Source: an uncultured Bacteroidota bacterium
GTDB taxonomy: Bacteria > CLD3 > SB21
DNA length: 64,000 nucleotides
Assembly (NCBI GenBank): GCA_964563165.1
Contig: CAZLWA010000097.1
Span: 71,893-135,892 of the forward strand
Reading direction: 5' to 3'
This document shows, in pieces, positions 29,886 through 38,851 of this stretch. A program made the translations under genes and the position numbers. The number at the start of each line of letters is the position of its first letter. Positions within the stretch are counted from its first letter, which is position 1. The notes under the pieces are model-generated. The model was not told where the DNA came from, did no database searches, and saw only the letters and a program-made list of their open reading frames with translations.

Positions 29886-30404
29886 ATGTCGGAACAAATC
29901 ATTTACAAATTAGTGAATACGCCTGTCGGAGAAATGGTTGCCGGTGCAACCGATCGGGGTCTCTGTTTATTGGAATTTCACCGTCCTGCGCGATGGAACG
30001 AAATGAAAAACAAGATTTCCGAAATTTATAAAGCTGAACTTATCGAAGGAACTGACGCGTTCATCGGGCGGGCGGAGAAGGAACTGCATGAATATTTTGA
30101 CAGAAAACGCAAGAAATTCAGCGTTCCTCTGGACGTTCGCGGAACGGATTTCGAAATTAAAGTTTGGAAACAATTGTCGAAAATCCGGTACGGTGAATTG
30201 ACAAGCTATAGCCGCATTGCCAAAGATATTGACAATCCTAAAGCGGTTCGCGCGGTAGGCGGCGCCAACGGCAGCAACCATATTGCGATTATCATTCCAT
30301 GTCATCGCGTGATCGGAGGTAACGGAAGTCTGACAGGCTATGGCGGCGGAATCGACAAGAAAACATTTTTACTCGCCTTGGAACGTGGAAATGGGTTTCT
30401 CTAA
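29886..30404 (+). CDS. ogt: methylated-DNA--protein-cysteine methyltransferase
   Basis: The active site IPCHRVIG is present, with …YGGG…K…LL afterwards. Confidence 0.85.
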   Translation: MSEQIIYKLVNTPVGEMVAGATDRGLCLLEFHRPARWNEMKNKISEIYKAELIEGTDAFIGRAEKELHEYFDRKRKKFSVPLDVRGTDFEIKVWKQLSKIRYGELTSYSRIAKDIDNPKAVRAVGGANGSNHIAIIIPCHRVIGGNGSLTGYGGGIDKKTFLLALERGNGFL

Positions 30405-30874
30405 AGCGTCTTCAGGACTTCAATGAACCTGTCTGCATGAACGTCCGCATCAAATTCATTGTGAACTACTTCCAGAATTTTCCCTTCCGGAGAAATGATA
30501 AACGTAACCCGCTTGTTACTTAAAAGTCCGCCTAATCTCTGAACTCCGAATTTTCCGCTCAGTGATTTATCGCCGTCATGAATGAGAGAAAAAGGCAGGT
30601 CATATTTTTCTGAAAAAGCATTGTGCTTTTCGTCCGGGTCCAGACTGATGCCAAAAACCGATCCGCCCAAAGCGCGGATCTCTTTATGGCGGTCTCGAAA
30701 GTGGCAGGCCTGGGACGTGCAAATCCGCGTAAAATCTTTCGGATAAAAATATAAGGCGAAGGCTTTGTGAGTCGAAAAATCTTTTAAATTATATTCCCTG
30801 CCTATGGAATCGTCAAACTCCAAATCCGAGATCATATCGCCTGTTTTAAGCATACATTTCCTCCTTGATAACAT
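30401..30874 (-). CDS. bcp: thiol peroxidase, Bcp-type peroxiredoxin (AhpC/TSA family)
   Basis: It has the FTRICTSQACHF peroxidatic/resolving Cys region and a thioredoxin fold. The ORF is 157 aa. Confidence 0.7.
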   Translation of the reverse strand: MLSRRKCMLKTGDMISDLEFDDSIGREYNLKDFSTHKAFALYFYPKDFTRICTSQACHFRDRHKEIRALGGSVFGISLDPDEKHNAFSEKYDLPFSLIHDGDKSLSGKFGVQRLGGLLSNKRVTFIISPEGKILEVVHNEFDADVHADRFIEVLKTL

Positions 30875-32192
30875 ATTCTTGATTTGATTCTATCTTCTCA
30901 ACGGCAAGATAAGCGCTTTTTACGGCGCTTTCAATAGTTGAAGGCAATCCTGTGTCGGTCCAGTCCCCGATTACAAAAAAATTCGCGATCGGCTGAGCCT
31001 GCCGTAAGGCAACCGAGGAAAAGGTCGCGCTCAGTTCCTTGATAATCTGAAAATGGCAGATCGAATTTTTATCGAATGATTGAAATAAAGATCCTAATTC
31101 CTGCGCAGCCAGACGCACCATTTCTGTTCTCGATAAGCCAAGCATGTTCTCCGCATTGCTGACGGTTAATCCTATACAGCGGTTTGATTTTTTGAATATC
31201 CACTGAATCGTCGTTCCGATGCATCCCACAAAATCCTCTTTAAAAAGTTCATCCACATCCCGGTTGAGCCAAAGATAGATCGAAACGATAGGCCCCGCGG
31301 TAAATCGGGCTGCGGAACCGAAATATTCGTTGAACATATTTTCAGTCAACATATGCTTAAGCACACCCGGCGTAACGGCCGATATATACACGCCGGCTTC
31401 CAGGCATTCTCCATTTTTCAAATAGACTCCCGTGACTACATCTTTTTCGATGCGAAGGCCTTCTACCTCCGCATGTAAGCGTATATTCCCGCCGTTGTTC
31501 TTGATCCATGACCGGGCAGGTTCGACGAATAATTCAGAAAGGCTGACGCGGGGTATGATAATCTTTGAAAAGTCTCTCCCCAGTAAGAACATTTGCCTGA
31601 TAGCCTTAAGAAACATTTTCGCCGAAGCCGTTTTCATGTTTTCGTTCATAACTGCTAAACAAACGGGATTCCAGAAATATTTCTTCAGACCGGCGCTTTG
31701 ATGCAGGCTGTCTAACCAGGCATCCACCGCGCCGGATACGCCGGCATCACTATTTCTCATTCTCAGACCGGCGTACAGCAGCCTGAGCCGGTCTGACAAA
31801 ATTAAACTTCTAAACCGCAAAACGCCGAATATCAGATGAAACGGGGAAACCAATTTTGGAAACGTCAGCGGATACAATTTTTTACCGGGCTCCCTGAACG
31901 GTATCTCGATCCGGTCTTCAATTTTAAGCTTAGCCGTCTGTCCGAGAAAATGGAGCCACCGCAACGTATAGGTATAGCAGCCCATTAAAATGTGCTGGCC
32001 GTTATCAATGACGAAATCCGTTTTCCGGTCCGCAAAAGAATACGTCCGCCCTCCGAGACGGCTGTTCTGTTCCAGCAGAGTAACGGTGTGGCCTTTATCC
32101 GCAAGCACCGTGGCCGCAGCCAGGCCGGCAACGCCTCCGCCGATAATAATTATGGTTTTGCGATCACGGTCGTCCATAGCGTCTTCCTTCAA
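30846..32192 (-). CDS. hpnE: FAD-dependent amine-oxidase-family desaturase, hydroxysqualene dehydroxylase (HpnE)-like
   Basis: It has the Rossmann motif IIIIGGGVAGLAAATVLADKGHTVTLLEQNSRLGGR. At 448 aa it is shorter than CrtI. It overlaps the preceding hpnD-like gene by 29 nt. Confidence 0.6.
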   Translation of the reverse strand: MKEDAMDDRDRKTIIIIGGGVAGLAAATVLADKGHTVTLLEQNSRLGGRTYSFADRKTDFVIDNGQHILMGCYTYTLRWLHFLGQTAKLKIEDRIEIPFREPGKKLYPLTFPKLVSPFHLIFGVLRFRSLILSDRLRLLYAGLRMRNSDAGVSGAVDAWLDSLHQSAGLKKYFWNPVCLAVMNENMKTASAKMFLKAIRQMFLLGRDFSKIIIPRVSLSELFVEPARSWIKNNGGNIRLHAEVEGLRIEKDVVTGVYLKNGECLEAGVYISAVTPGVLKHMLTENMFNEYFGSAARFTAGPIVSIYLWLNRDVDELFKEDFVGCIGTTIQWIFKKSNRCIGLTVSNAENMLGLSRTEMVRLAAQELGSLFQSFDKNSICHFQIIKELSATFSSVALRQAQPIANFFVIGDWTDTGLPSTIESAVKSAYLAVEKIESNQEYVIKEEMYA

Positions 32193-33009
32193 ACCAGGTT
32201 TTGATCACCACGTTGGCTTTCCGGGGTATGGGGATAGAAATTTTTTTTTCCGGCAGCCGGTCCAAATTTTTTTCGATCTTCAGGAGCAACTCGTAATAAA
32301 TATTCTGCATCGCTCGCGCGGGAAAAAGCGCCTGTGACCGTTCCTGTTGGTACCGCTCATTGGCCGCGTCGTAGTAGTCATGAGCCCTCCGGCACTGCAG
32401 CCTCATCAAACTCAAATAGGCGCCCGAATGAGCGGATAAATCGAGCTCAGAGCAAGCAAACAACTTCATTTCATCCGAAGGTAAATAGATCCGGTTCCTT
32501 CTGAGATCCGATGACACATCCCGGATGATATTCGTCAGTTGCATGGCAATACCTGCATCTACGGCATAAGCTTCGGCACCTGAACCGCCTTTGCCCAAAA
32601 TACGGATCGTCATTAAACCTACCGTGGAAGCGACTTTATAGCAATATGTGTATAATTCCTCAAACGTTTGGTAGCGCTTCTTTCGAAGATCCATTTCGAT
32701 CCCGCCGATCAACTCGAAGAATAGTTCAAATGGGATCGTAAATTTTCTGGCGACTGCCATGACCTGATTCAAGAACGGATAATCCGAATGACCTTCCACT
32801 GCCAGGCGGGATTCATCACTCCAATGCTGCAAAAACTGAAGAGAATTGAATGACGGATCCTCGGCCAATTGATCCGCGATGTCATCGGTGTAGCGGCAGA
32901 ATGCATAGACCGTCATGAGCGCTTTTCGTTTTTCTCTCGGCAGCACGAGCATAGGATAGTAAAAACTGCTCCGTGAGCGGCGGACGTAATTGGCGATGGA
33001 AATTTGCAT
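32164..33009 (-). CDS. hpnD: squalene/phytoene synthase family, presqualene-diphosphate synthase (HpnD)-like
   Basis: It has the Asp-rich motifs YAFCRYTDDIAD and a second D-rich box. It is the second of two tandem synthase paralogues. Confidence 0.6.
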   Translation of the reverse strand: MQISIANYVRRSRSSFYYPMLVLPREKRKALMTVYAFCRYTDDIADQLAEDPSFNSLQFLQHWSDESRLAVEGHSDYPFLNQVMAVARKFTIPFELFFELIGGIEMDLRKKRYQTFEELYTYCYKVASTVGLMTIRILGKGGSGAEAYAVDAGIAMQLTNIIRDVSSDLRRNRIYLPSDEMKLFACSELDLSAHSGAYLSLMRLQCRRAHDYYDAANERYQQERSQALFPARAMQNIYYELLLKIEKNLDRLPEKKISIPIPRKANVVIKTWFEGRRYGRP

Positions 33010-33024
33010 GAGGCTATCAGTTCT

Positions 33025-33927
33025 TTAGAATCTTTTGAACAACAACTTTCCCAGCACTATCATTTTGTCCCAACGCGTGAGGGTCGGACGAAAATTCAAC
33101 ACGTCGTAATCATTGTTTTCAATTTTCTCCAATATTCTCATTCCGCTGAGCCAAATCAAAGTTATTTCAAGGCGTTCGCGAAATCTGAGAAACGGCAATA
33201 AGATTTTGCCCTCGTTGAATAAATTCCGTGTACGGTTAATCTGAAATTTCATAAGCCGCCGGAACTGTTCATTGACGACCGGCGTCCCCCAATCGGATAT
33301 GGCATAGCCGCAAGTTTCCAGATCCTCGAGCGGAAGATACAACCGGCCGCTTTTCTGGTCCACAAAAACATCCTGCCAATGATTCGCTAACTGCAGGGCG
33401 GTGCATATGCGATCCGAAGCCGGCATCATGAGCCGCATCTCAGGGTGATGCGCATATCCGAGAATGTGCAACACCAGCCGGCCCACAGGATTTGCGGAAT
33501 AACGGCAATAGTCAAGCAATTCCTCAAACGTGCGATACCGCTGCTTGAAAAGGTCCACTTTGAAAGCGTTTAGAATATTGTCAAAAATTTCCTTTGGGAG
33601 CATCAATTCCTCGACCGAATGCTGCAAGGCAATGAAAATCGGATCCTCGGAGCGTCCCTCGCAGCACGCATCCAGTTTCGATTGCCATTGAGCCAGCCAT
33701 TCCAGCCGCCTGCTTATTTCAACCGATTTGTTATCCGTAAAATCATCTGCGGTGCGCATAAAGGCGTACGCCGCATGAAAATGCTTTCGCTTGTTTTTAG
33801 GAATAAAAAACGAAGCGACGGGAAAATTTTCGTAGTGATATCTCGCGAGTTGCTCGCAATAGGCATACGCTTCACTGACCTGAAGGGAAGTGTGGAATGT
33901 GCGTGGAAGATGTTTTTCCGCAATCAT
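33025..33927 (-). CDS. hpnC: squalene/phytoene synthase family, hydroxysqualene synthase (HpnC)-like
   Basis: It has the Asp-rich motif YAFMRTADDFTDN. It is the first of the tandem pair. Confidence 0.6.
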   Translation of the reverse strand: MIAEKHLPRTFHTSLQVSEAYAYCEQLARYHYENFPVASFFIPKNKRKHFHAAYAFMRTADDFTDNKSVEISRRLEWLAQWQSKLDACCEGRSEDPIFIALQHSVEELMLPKEIFDNILNAFKVDLFKQRYRTFEELLDYCRYSANPVGRLVLHILGYAHHPEMRLMMPASDRICTALQLANHWQDVFVDQKSGRLYLPLEDLETCGYAISDWGTPVVNEQFRRLMKFQINRTRNLFNEGKILLPFLRFRERLEITLIWLSGMRILEKIENNDYDVLNFRPTLTRWDKMIVLGKLLFKRF

Positions 33928-34412
33928 TTCTTTGTTGCAATCAGAAAAGTCAAACTCAGAGCTATAACTAGATTAACGGATACCGCCGCCGAATAGCGGC
34001 GATGCAGCCGATCGAATTCTTCTCTTTCGGGCCTCGTGTCTGCGTCACGCGGAATGTCAAAATTTTGTATGGCGGCGCGCAACGAGTCCATACGCGGTGT
34101 GATCATCTCGATGTAATAAAATAACGCCGCCGTCATGACGAGAGCCAGGCCCAGGCGGGCCAGACTTCCCTTATCTTTTTGAAAAACATATAACATCATC
34201 AATGAACCGGACAGCATGATTGCGGCGGCCCATTCGAGTTGGTTCATACGTTTAAGAATAATTCCGTTAAGTAATCCGGCCTGCGTTTTTGAGTCGAGAA
34301 CGTGAAAAATCGGTGCGGCCACGCCGAAGCCGAACAACAGTAACATACCCAGCCACACGCCGCACGACAATTGTGCGAGCCAACTAAAAATAGTTATGCG
34401 ATTGATGCTCAT
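33924..34412 (-). CDS. hypothetical integral membrane protein (4 TM), translationally coupled (ATGA overlap) to the hpnC-like gene
   Basis: Four hydrophobic helices; I recognise no motif. Confidence 0.4.
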   Translation of the reverse strand: MSINRITIFSWLAQLSCGVWLGMLLLFGFGVAAPIFHVLDSKTQAGLLNGIILKRMNQLEWAAAIMLSGSLMMLYVFQKDKGSLARLGLALVMTAALFYYIEMITPRMDSLRAAIQNFDIPRDADTRPEREEFDRLHRRYSAAVSVNLVIALSLTFLIATKK

Positions 34413-34552
34413 GCCCGTTCTCTTCGACGCTGATGATTATGATAGCTTATGAGAAGCGCTGAAATATTTTGTTCACGCAAATCTTGTAATCGGTATTTCT
34501 CAGCGTCCGTTGATTCTTCGCGCCCTTTGCGGCCTTTGCGGCTAGAAGGATT

Positions 34553-35683
34553 TCACGAAAACCGGCTGACCTGGAACGGCTGCATAAGCGGTGAAATCGA
34601 CTTATCCAAAATAAAATCCGCCATGAGTTTTGCCGTAATAGGCGTAAGTAGAATTCCGTTTCGATAATGACCGGTGGCGATGGTCAGATTGCTGAAGGGC
34701 GTTTCCCCCATCAGCGGATAGTGATCGGGGCTCACCGGACGCAGACCTACCCACGAGTCTAACTTTGTAAAATACACGGAATTGGGTATGATCTCCTGAA
34801 GACGCTGAATAAAACCGTCGATCACCTCGGCTGAAATACTTTTATCAAAACCGGCTTCTTCGGTCGTCGAACCGACGAGCAGCCGTCCGTCATTTTTCGG
34901 CACATAATAAAATTCATTGATGTAACCCGGATGACGAATGAAGGTGTTATTGGGCATTTGCAGCGCTACGATTTGACCGCGGACCGGCTTCACCGGAGGC
35001 AGCACTTCTTTCAAACTCGGAAACTGCGAGGACCAGGCACCCGTGCACAAAACATAATGGGCGGAAGACACCTCTTCATTACGGCACTTCACATGGGCGA
35101 CGGCGTCATTACGAATTTCAAAATCCTCCACTTCGTGATTTTCCAGAATCACGACATCGAGTTTTTTGCACGCTTCCGTCAGGGCGCGCGTTAATTTTCG
35201 ATTGTCAACTTGGTGATTATCCGGCAAATGTATGGCCGATAAGCCCTCAGCCAGAGCGGGTTCGTGGATGCTTGCCTCGTCTTCATTCCAATAATGTGCG
35301 CGCAGTCCAAGGCTTGCAAACCACGCCGTCAGTTTTTCCGGAGACTCTTTGGAAGGAATTAATGTAAGAATTCCTTCCGTACGGTATTCGCAGTTAATTT
35401 TACTCACCCATTCTATGCGGCGAATGTATTCTTCAAACATGATCTGACTTTCCAGACAGAGATTAAAAAATAACCTCTGCCGTTCTTGTGCTTTCCGGTC
35501 CGCGGTCGGACTCATGAGAAGCTGCGGCTCGAGCATGCCGACCGAAGCCGAGGAAGCCTCCTGTCCCGTTACGCCTTTATCTATCACCGCCACGCGCAGC
35601 TTTTCGCGGCGTAATTTCAATTCGCATGCTACCGACAGTCCGATGACGCCCGCACCGATCACCGTAATATCAAATGATTTCAC
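34553..35683 (-). CDS. FAD-dependent oxidoreductase, DAO family (glycine oxidase ThiO / D-amino-acid oxidase-like)
   Basis: It starts MKSFDITVIGAGVIGLSVACEL… and has a C-terminal …GHYRNGILL motif. Confidence 0.65.
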   Translation of the reverse strand: MKSFDITVIGAGVIGLSVACELKLRREKLRVAVIDKGVTGQEASSASVGMLEPQLLMSPTADRKAQERQRLFFNLCLESQIMFEEYIRRIEWVSKINCEYRTEGILTLIPSKESPEKLTAWFASLGLRAHYWNEDEASIHEPALAEGLSAIHLPDNHQVDNRKLTRALTEACKKLDVVILENHEVEDFEIRNDAVAHVKCRNEEVSSAHYVLCTGAWSSQFPSLKEVLPPVKPVRGQIVALQMPNNTFIRHPGYINEFYYVPKNDGRLLVGSTTEEAGFDKSISAEVIDGFIQRLQEIIPNSVYFTKLDSWVGLRPVSPDHYPLMGETPFSNLTIATGHYRNGILLTPITAKLMADFILDKSISPLMQPFQVSRFS

Positions 35684-36001
35684 GCATTCTCCTGACGTTT
35701 CAAGGATTCCAATATATTGAGAGATGTTTTGAAAATCAATAAAAGATAGTGCCGATGCGGTCGTTTCCGCGAATTCCGGATGGTCATTGGCGGTGTGAGG
35801 GCTGAAAGCCCCGGCGTGCCGAAGGAAGCCTTGTATGAATCGCTTGAAGGCCGGAATCCCTCAAATTATTTCTTGATAATAAAAAACGATTCGTATATAT
35901 TCATTTTCGCCCTTTAACAGGTCGCTAATCCCCAATCCGTGCAAATTCGGCGTCAAAATTTTCGATAAGACTTTCAGAAAATCCAACTCACCGGAGCGTG
36001 C

Positions 36002-38122
36002 GTGCCGATACAAAAACTTGGAAGATACGAAGTGGCAGAAGTTCTGGGCCAGGGCGCCATGGGCATCGTGTATAAAGGCATTGACCCGAAGATCGGACGC
36101 ACGGTAGCGCTCAAAACGCTCAAGACCACGGGAGAAATTCCTGCCGATCAGCTCTCCGAATTCAAACGCCGCTTTTCACAGGAAGCTCAATCCGCCGGAC
36201 GTCTCGCGCATCCTAATATTGTAACGATCTACGATGTCGGTGAAGAAGAAGGTCTCGCCTACATTGCCATGGAATTCATTAAAGGCAAGGCGCTCGACGA
36301 ATACATCGCTGAGAAGCATGCGTTCACGATCGACCAGATTGTGAGTATCATGACGCAGATTTGCGAAGGACTGGGCTACGCGCACAAGAACGGTGTCATT
36401 CATCGCGATATTAAACCGGCAAATATCGTTCTCACCGACGATAAGGTTGCCAAGATTACCGATTTCGGCATTGCAAAGATTACTTCCATGAGCGCCACGC
36501 AAAGCGGTGTGGTCGTCGGCACTCCCAGCTATATGTCACCGGAGCAAATTACGGGTAAAGGCGTGGACAACCGCTCGGATATTTTTTCGATCGGTGCGGT
36601 ATTTTATGAATTGCTGACTCACGAAAAAGCGTTTCCAGGCGACAATATCACGACCGTCATGTACCGTGTCGTGCACGAAAACCCCGCGCCGGTCACCAGC
36701 ATCAATATGGCGGTTCCGACGCAATTCACTCCCATACTGCTCAAAGCCATGGCAAAAAACCCTGCCGACCGTTACCCCGATGCGGAGACCATGTCAAAAG
36801 ATATTCAAAATTATAAGGCCTTCACGGCGATGCAATCGGGGGCCACACAGGTATTTCGCCCCGATTCGGCCGGAACGGTCATGATGACCGGCGCTGCGGA
36901 TGTTGGTGCAGTAACATCGGGCGGCATGCTGCAATCTGCGGTGAAAAACAAAAAGCTCCTGATACTTTCAGGCACAGCAGTGGCGGCGTTAATCGTTCTC
37001 TTATTTCTCGTTTTTGGAAATAAAGCGCCCTCGAATTCCGCGTCGCTCGAATTGAGTTTGAATATCTTTGACGGTACGGTGCGCGTCGATTCAGCGGATT
37101 TCAATATTGATAATGGAAAGCTGTTTATTCCCAAATTGGAAGCATCCGAACACTCCGTCAATATCAAGCACGAGGGCTACGAAGAATTCAAGACGAAACT
37201 CCTGTTCGCCGAAAACGAACAGAAAACATTCAATGTGGAAATGAAATTACTCCCTGTGCAGTTCCCTGCGGGTGTGGACACCGGCTTCATCACGGTCAAT
37301 GCGAAACCCGCAGTCGTAAAGGTTCTCACCAACGCCGGGGCTTTTATTTGTTACTCACCGGTGAACAAGCTGCCTTTTCCTGTTGGAAAGCGCACACTGG
37401 TTTTTTCGAGAGAGAATTATGTCAGTAAGGTGCTGGATATCGACCTGAGAAAGAAAAGAGAATTGAAACTTACACCTTCGCTCGATGCCAAGAAGGGACT
37501 TATTTCATTGGCCGATGTCAATCCGAAAAAAGTTCAAGTATTTGTGGATAATAATTTGCTCAAACCTGAAAAAGACGGCGTCACGTACACTCTGCAGATC
37601 GGAAAGCAGAAAATTCTACTGAAACAAGACGGTTTCAAGCCTCTCGAAAAGGAAATTACGGTTTCTGAAAAAGATGTTCTAAAGATCGACGCCAGCCTCG
37701 AACAGTTGTACGGCAAGCTTGCCATCACATCCAATCCGGACGGCGCCGATGTATTCATTGACGGCAGCAACGTAGGAAAGACTCCGCTCACTCTCGAATC
37801 CGTTGCAGCCGGTGTGCGCGACATTAAAGTTCAAAAAGGGGCGATGACGTCCATTAAAAAAATTACGGTGGCCGAGGGTAAAGAAAACTCCGCGGATTTT
37901 AAATTGCAGGCGCTAGTCGGGTACTTGAAATTTCTCATCAATCCGTGGGCAAAGATTTATATCGACGGCCGTGAATACGGCGCTTCGCCGCCGCTCGATA
38001 ACCTGGAATTGAAACCCGGAACGTATAAGATCAAGATGGAAAATCCTGCGTTCAAAGCGGTGACCAGGACAGTCACCATTACGGCCGGCGCGAGCGCAAC
38101 GCTGCAGTATGATTTCAAATAA
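36002..38122 (+). CDS. Hanks-type Ser/Thr protein kinase with a TM segment and C-terminal PEGA-like repeats (paralogue of 22008-24149)
   Basis: It has GQGAMGIVYKG, HRDIKPANIV, DFGIAK and GTPSYMSPE. A TM lies around residue 320. The C-terminal repeats are ITSNPDGADVFIDG… and INPWAKIYIDG…. Its N-terminal 300 aa are alignable by eye to the other kinase. Confidence 0.8.
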   Translation: MPIQKLGRYEVAEVLGQGAMGIVYKGIDPKIGRTVALKTLKTTGEIPADQLSEFKRRFSQEAQSAGRLAHPNIVTIYDVGEEEGLAYIAMEFIKGKALDEYIAEKHAFTIDQIVSIMTQICEGLGYAHKNGVIHRDIKPANIVLTDDKVAKITDFGIAKITSMSATQSGVVVGTPSYMSPEQITGKGVDNRSDIFSIGAVFYELLTHEKAFPGDNITTVMYRVVHENPAPVTSINMAVPTQFTPILLKAMAKNPADRYPDAETMSKDIQNYKAFTAMQSGATQVFRPDSAGTVMMTGAADVGAVTSGGMLQSAVKNKKLLILSGTAVAALIVLLFLVFGNKAPSNSASLELSLNIFDGTVRVDSADFNIDNGKLFIPKLEASEHSVNIKHEGYEEFKTKLLFAENEQKTFNVEMKLLPVQFPAGVDTGFITVNAKPAVVKVLTNAGAFICYSPVNKLPFPVGKRTLVFSRENYVSKVLDIDLRKKRELKLTPSLDAKKGLISLADVNPKKVQVFVDNNLLKPEKDGVTYTLQIGKQKILLKQDGFKPLEKEITVSEKDVLKIDASLEQLYGKLAITSNPDGADVFIDGSNVGKTPLTLESVAAGVRDIKVQKGAMTSIKKITVAEGKENSADFKLQALVGYLKFLINPWAKIYIDGREYGASPPLDNLELKPGTYKIKMENPAFKAVTRTVTITAGASATLQYDFK

Positions 38123-38137
38123 CTCAAAGGCAACGGT

Positions 38138-38836
38138 ATGAATAAGGGGTATATTATACTTTTTGTGCTTGTATGGACTTTAGCCGCGGGTTGCGGCACC
38201 GCATCCAAACAGGCGGTATCAAAAACCGAAAGGAAAGAAGATTCCGAAGCCTTGCTCAATCTAGGACTGGAAGCCTACAAAGCACGCAATTATGAAAATG
38301 CAAAGAATTTGTTGTTCAAAGCGTCCGGACAAAATCTCTCGGGCGATCAATTGATCTCCGCGCACAAGCATTTGGCCTTCATTCACGCTCTGCAGAAAAA
38401 TACCGGAGCCGCTACGAAAGAATTTCTAAAGGCCTTTTATCTGGACAAGGATTTCCAACTCGATAATTCGGAAACCGGCAATCCCCTATGGATGCCTTCC
38501 TTCATCGAGGCTGCGAAACAGTTCACGCAGACTCACGCCGCCGGCTCTGAGCTTTATTCGGAAGGAACGAACGCGTTTGAGAAGAGAAATTACAACGCCG
38601 CGCTTGCCTCGCTGGAAGCCGCCGTCAAGAAAGAGGATTTAAGCCGGGACAAAAAAGCGGCCGCTTACAAATTCATCGCGTTTATTTATTCCATTCAAAA
38701 AAAACCGGCCTATGCCAAAGCCGCGTTCCGAAAAGCTTTTAGATTGAATAACTCTTTTGAATTAGATAAATCGGAATACGGCAATCCTGCCTGGACGCCG
38801 CTATACGATGAAGTTAAGAAAGAATTTAAAAAATAA
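38138..38836 (+). CDS. lipoprotein with two internal ~90 aa TPR-like repeats
   Basis: The lipobox is LAAGC. Each repeat ends in the motif GNP(L/A)W(M/T)P. It lies 15 nt after the kinase stop. Confidence 0.6.
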   Translation: MNKGYIILFVLVWTLAAGCGTASKQAVSKTERKEDSEALLNLGLEAYKARNYENAKNLLFKASGQNLSGDQLISAHKHLAFIHALQKNTGAATKEFLKAFYLDKDFQLDNSETGNPLWMPSFIEAAKQFTQTHAAGSELYSEGTNAFEKRNYNAALASLEAAVKKEDLSRDKKAAAYKFIAFIYSIQKKPAYAKAAFRKAFRLNNSFELDKSEYGNPAWTPLYDEVKKEFKK

Positions 38837-38851
38837 TTCCCTGGAGAACCC

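Noticed and set aside
35684-36001. Structured element (GGGCTGAAAGCCCCGG hairpin) upstream of the second kinase as a riboswitch
   Set aside because: It matches no riboswitch consensus that I can recognise, and a single short hairpin is insufficient.
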